From Lentisphaerae bacterium GWF2_44_16 (GTDB lineage Bacteria; Verrucomicrobiota; Lentisphaeria; Victivallales; GWF2-45-14): a DNA stretch of 64,000 nt. The notes below the pieces were generated by a model. It worked only from the letters and a program-made list of their open reading frames with translations. It was not told the DNA's origin and did not search any database. The position numbers were made by a program, and so were the translations under genes. Shown in pieces: positions 62,782 through 64,000 of this stretch; positions within the stretch are counted from its first letter, which is position 1; each line of letters begins with the position of its first letter. The DNA is taken from NCBI GenBank assembly GCA_001803225.1, contig MHBF01000019.1:25622-89621 (forward strand), read 5' to 3'.

Positions 62782-63831
62782 TTATACACTTCCTCTTATG
62801 ATGAAACGGCTTTCCTCTACAAGCCGGATATTTTCCCTGAAGCCGTTGTCTATCATATCCTTCAATTCCCTGAAAATTTTTTCGGCTATCCCCTCCAGAG
62901 ATACATTTATGGCCGATATCCCCGGAACGCATTTTTCAAATTTCGGTATGTCATGGGTCGATATCACAGCCAATCTCCCGGGAATCTCAATACCCGCGGC
63001 CTTCGCTATCAATACCGTCTCATAGGCAAAATTGAAATTTGACGCAAATACGGCATCGACTTCCTTGTGTTTCTTTACAAACTCCACAAACCACGGGACA
63101 TAGTTCATGTCCATGCCGTATTCCAATATAAATTTTTCTTTCAAAGGGAGATTGAAAGCTTTCAAGGCGTCGCAGTAAGCTTTGAATCTGCTTTTCTGCC
63201 ATTGATTGTCGCGGGTGCTGCAAAGAAAAAGAATATTTTTCCTTCCTGACATTTTGATGAGATATTCCATCGCCCTGTAAGTTGCCTGATAAGTATCTAT
63301 CGTAATTGAGTTGTAGGAAGCCATTTCAGGCGGAAGATAGGCCATATAGGGAATTTTACGTTTATGCAATTCCTTTAATATTTCTTCGTTCCACGGGTCA
63401 AGTATGACAATTCCCTGCCCCGGCCTGCCGGAAAAACTTTTCGCTATGGCGTCCTCCCTTTTAACAGCGGAATCAAAAATTTTGACCTTGAATTCGCAGT
63501 TCGCGCCCAACTTCTGCATCGCCTCGAAAATACCGGCGTGAACATAAGGATAACTGGATACAAAACTGCTTTCGTATGCGTTTTGCGAATAGAGAAAGTT
63601 TATGCTGTAACGTATTGCGTCATTGAACCCGTCGGCAAAGGTGCCGCGCCCTATTTCGCGCCTGACCCATCCGTTTTCCGCCAGAAGTTTCAATACTTTG
63701 TCCGCAGTATTCCGGTTTATGTTATATTTCCGCGAAATCCCGGATACCGATAGTTTTTTGACGGATGACGATTTTATCTGTTCTATCAAATTATCGTATA
63801 TCACGAGATATCTGGCTTTTTCCTTTTTCAT
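62782..63831 (-). CDS. GntR-type winged-helix regulator fused to a LacI/PBP1-type sugar-binding domain (AraR-like architecture)
   Basis: 349 aa. LSVSGISRKYNINRNTADKVLKLLAENGWVRREIGRGTFA, then a periplasmic-binding-protein type I fold (GIVILDPW, ILFLCS, DAVFASNF, LAVISTHD). Confidence 0.75.
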   Translation of the reverse strand: MKKEKARYLVIYDNLIEQIKSSSVKKLSVSGISRKYNINRNTADKVLKLLAENGWVRREIGRGTFADGFNDAIRYSINFLYSQNAYESSFVSSYPYVHAGIFEAMQKLGANCEFKVKIFDSAVKREDAIAKSFSGRPGQGIVILDPWNEEILKELHKRKIPYMAYLPPEMASYNSITIDTYQATYRAMEYLIKMSGRKNILFLCSTRDNQWQKSRFKAYCDALKAFNLPLKEKFILEYGMDMNYVPWFVEFVKKHKEVDAVFASNFNFAYETVLIAKAAGIEIPGRLAVISTHDIPKFEKCVPGISAINVSLEGIAEKIFRELKDMIDNGFRENIRLVEESRFIIRGSV

Positions 63832-63859
63832 CGCTCTTCTATTGCATGCCTTCGTTTAT

Positions 63860-63876
63860 AGTTTACTATGAAACTT
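63860..63876. promoter_or_regulatory. Candidate operator, copy 1 (AGTTT-ACTATG-AAACT dyad)
   Basis: AGTTTACTATGAAACTT lies 29 nt upstream of the regulator start codon (63831). The same 17-mer recurs at 63951-63967. Confidence 0.4.
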
Positions 63877-63949
63877 ATTATAATATACATATACAATTAT
63901 ATGTAAATAAAAATAAAATACTAGAATAAAGTTAAAATTATTACTTAAA

Positions 63950-63967
63950 AAGTTTACTATGAAACTT
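63950..63967. promoter_or_regulatory. Candidate operator, copy 2 (AAGTTT-ACTATG-AAACTT dyad)
   Basis: AAGTTTACTATGAAACTT has 6-bp inverted arms around ACTATG. Its centre is about 91 bp from copy 1. Confidence 0.4.
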
Positions 63968-64000
63968 GAAGAAACTTTGAATTGAAAATAATCCGTAATT

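Overview
This 64-kb window is densely coding, with about 53 protein genes. I recognised no rRNA, tRNA, CRISPR array, transposase or integrase. The gene content suggests a PVC-superphylum bacterium (Lentisphaerota, Verrucomicrobiota or Planctomycetota-like). That is an inference from ten pilin-like proteins with FTL[IV]ELLVV N-termini, three of them of the DUF1559 / H-X9-DG type, and it cannot be verified here.

Left to right:
1. A nine-gene minus-strand operon (1-9261): DegT-type aminotransferase, four tandem ceramidase-like hydrolase paralogues, a TIM-barrel isomerase/epimerase, an SGNH esterase, and a truncated last ORF.
2. A KamA-family radical SAM gene, a secreted alpha/beta hydrolase, and an AaeA/AaeB-like efflux set in which the FUSC exporter is split into two genes. 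A hemerythrin follows.
3. Housekeeping genes: a UDG-family glycosylase, yraN, a YeeE/YedE-like pair, ruvC, yebC and murD.
4. A seven-gene pseudopilin operon (28376-21100, minus strand): three GspG-like genes, then H-, I- and J-like genes, then a 920-aa GspK/PilX-like giant. No secretin, ATPase or platform gene is in the window.
5. Divergent from it, an operon of Ser/Thr kinase, metallophosphoesterase, GT2 and a TPR-bearing GT-C, with a convergent YfhO gene.
6. A fused homocysteine-methyltransferase/MTHFR gene, a nitroreductase, an HDOD protein, and a 1289-aa secreted multidomain protein.
7. An apparently AT-richer 5.1-kb block flanked by a 30-bp direct repeat. It carries BlaI, an M56 BlaR1-like protein, a small membrane protein, a pilin-like protein and an ABC exporter.
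8. AraC plus an OSBS/NAAAR-type enolase, then two convergent loci. Each combines a sugar-type regulator, an H-X9-DG pilin-like gene and giant LamG/GH-like proteins.

The intergenic DNA carries an unusual mosaic of short hairpin repeats built around the hexamer ACGRAG. Their stems show compensatory substitutions. All functional calls come from motif reading by eye, and no database search was possible.
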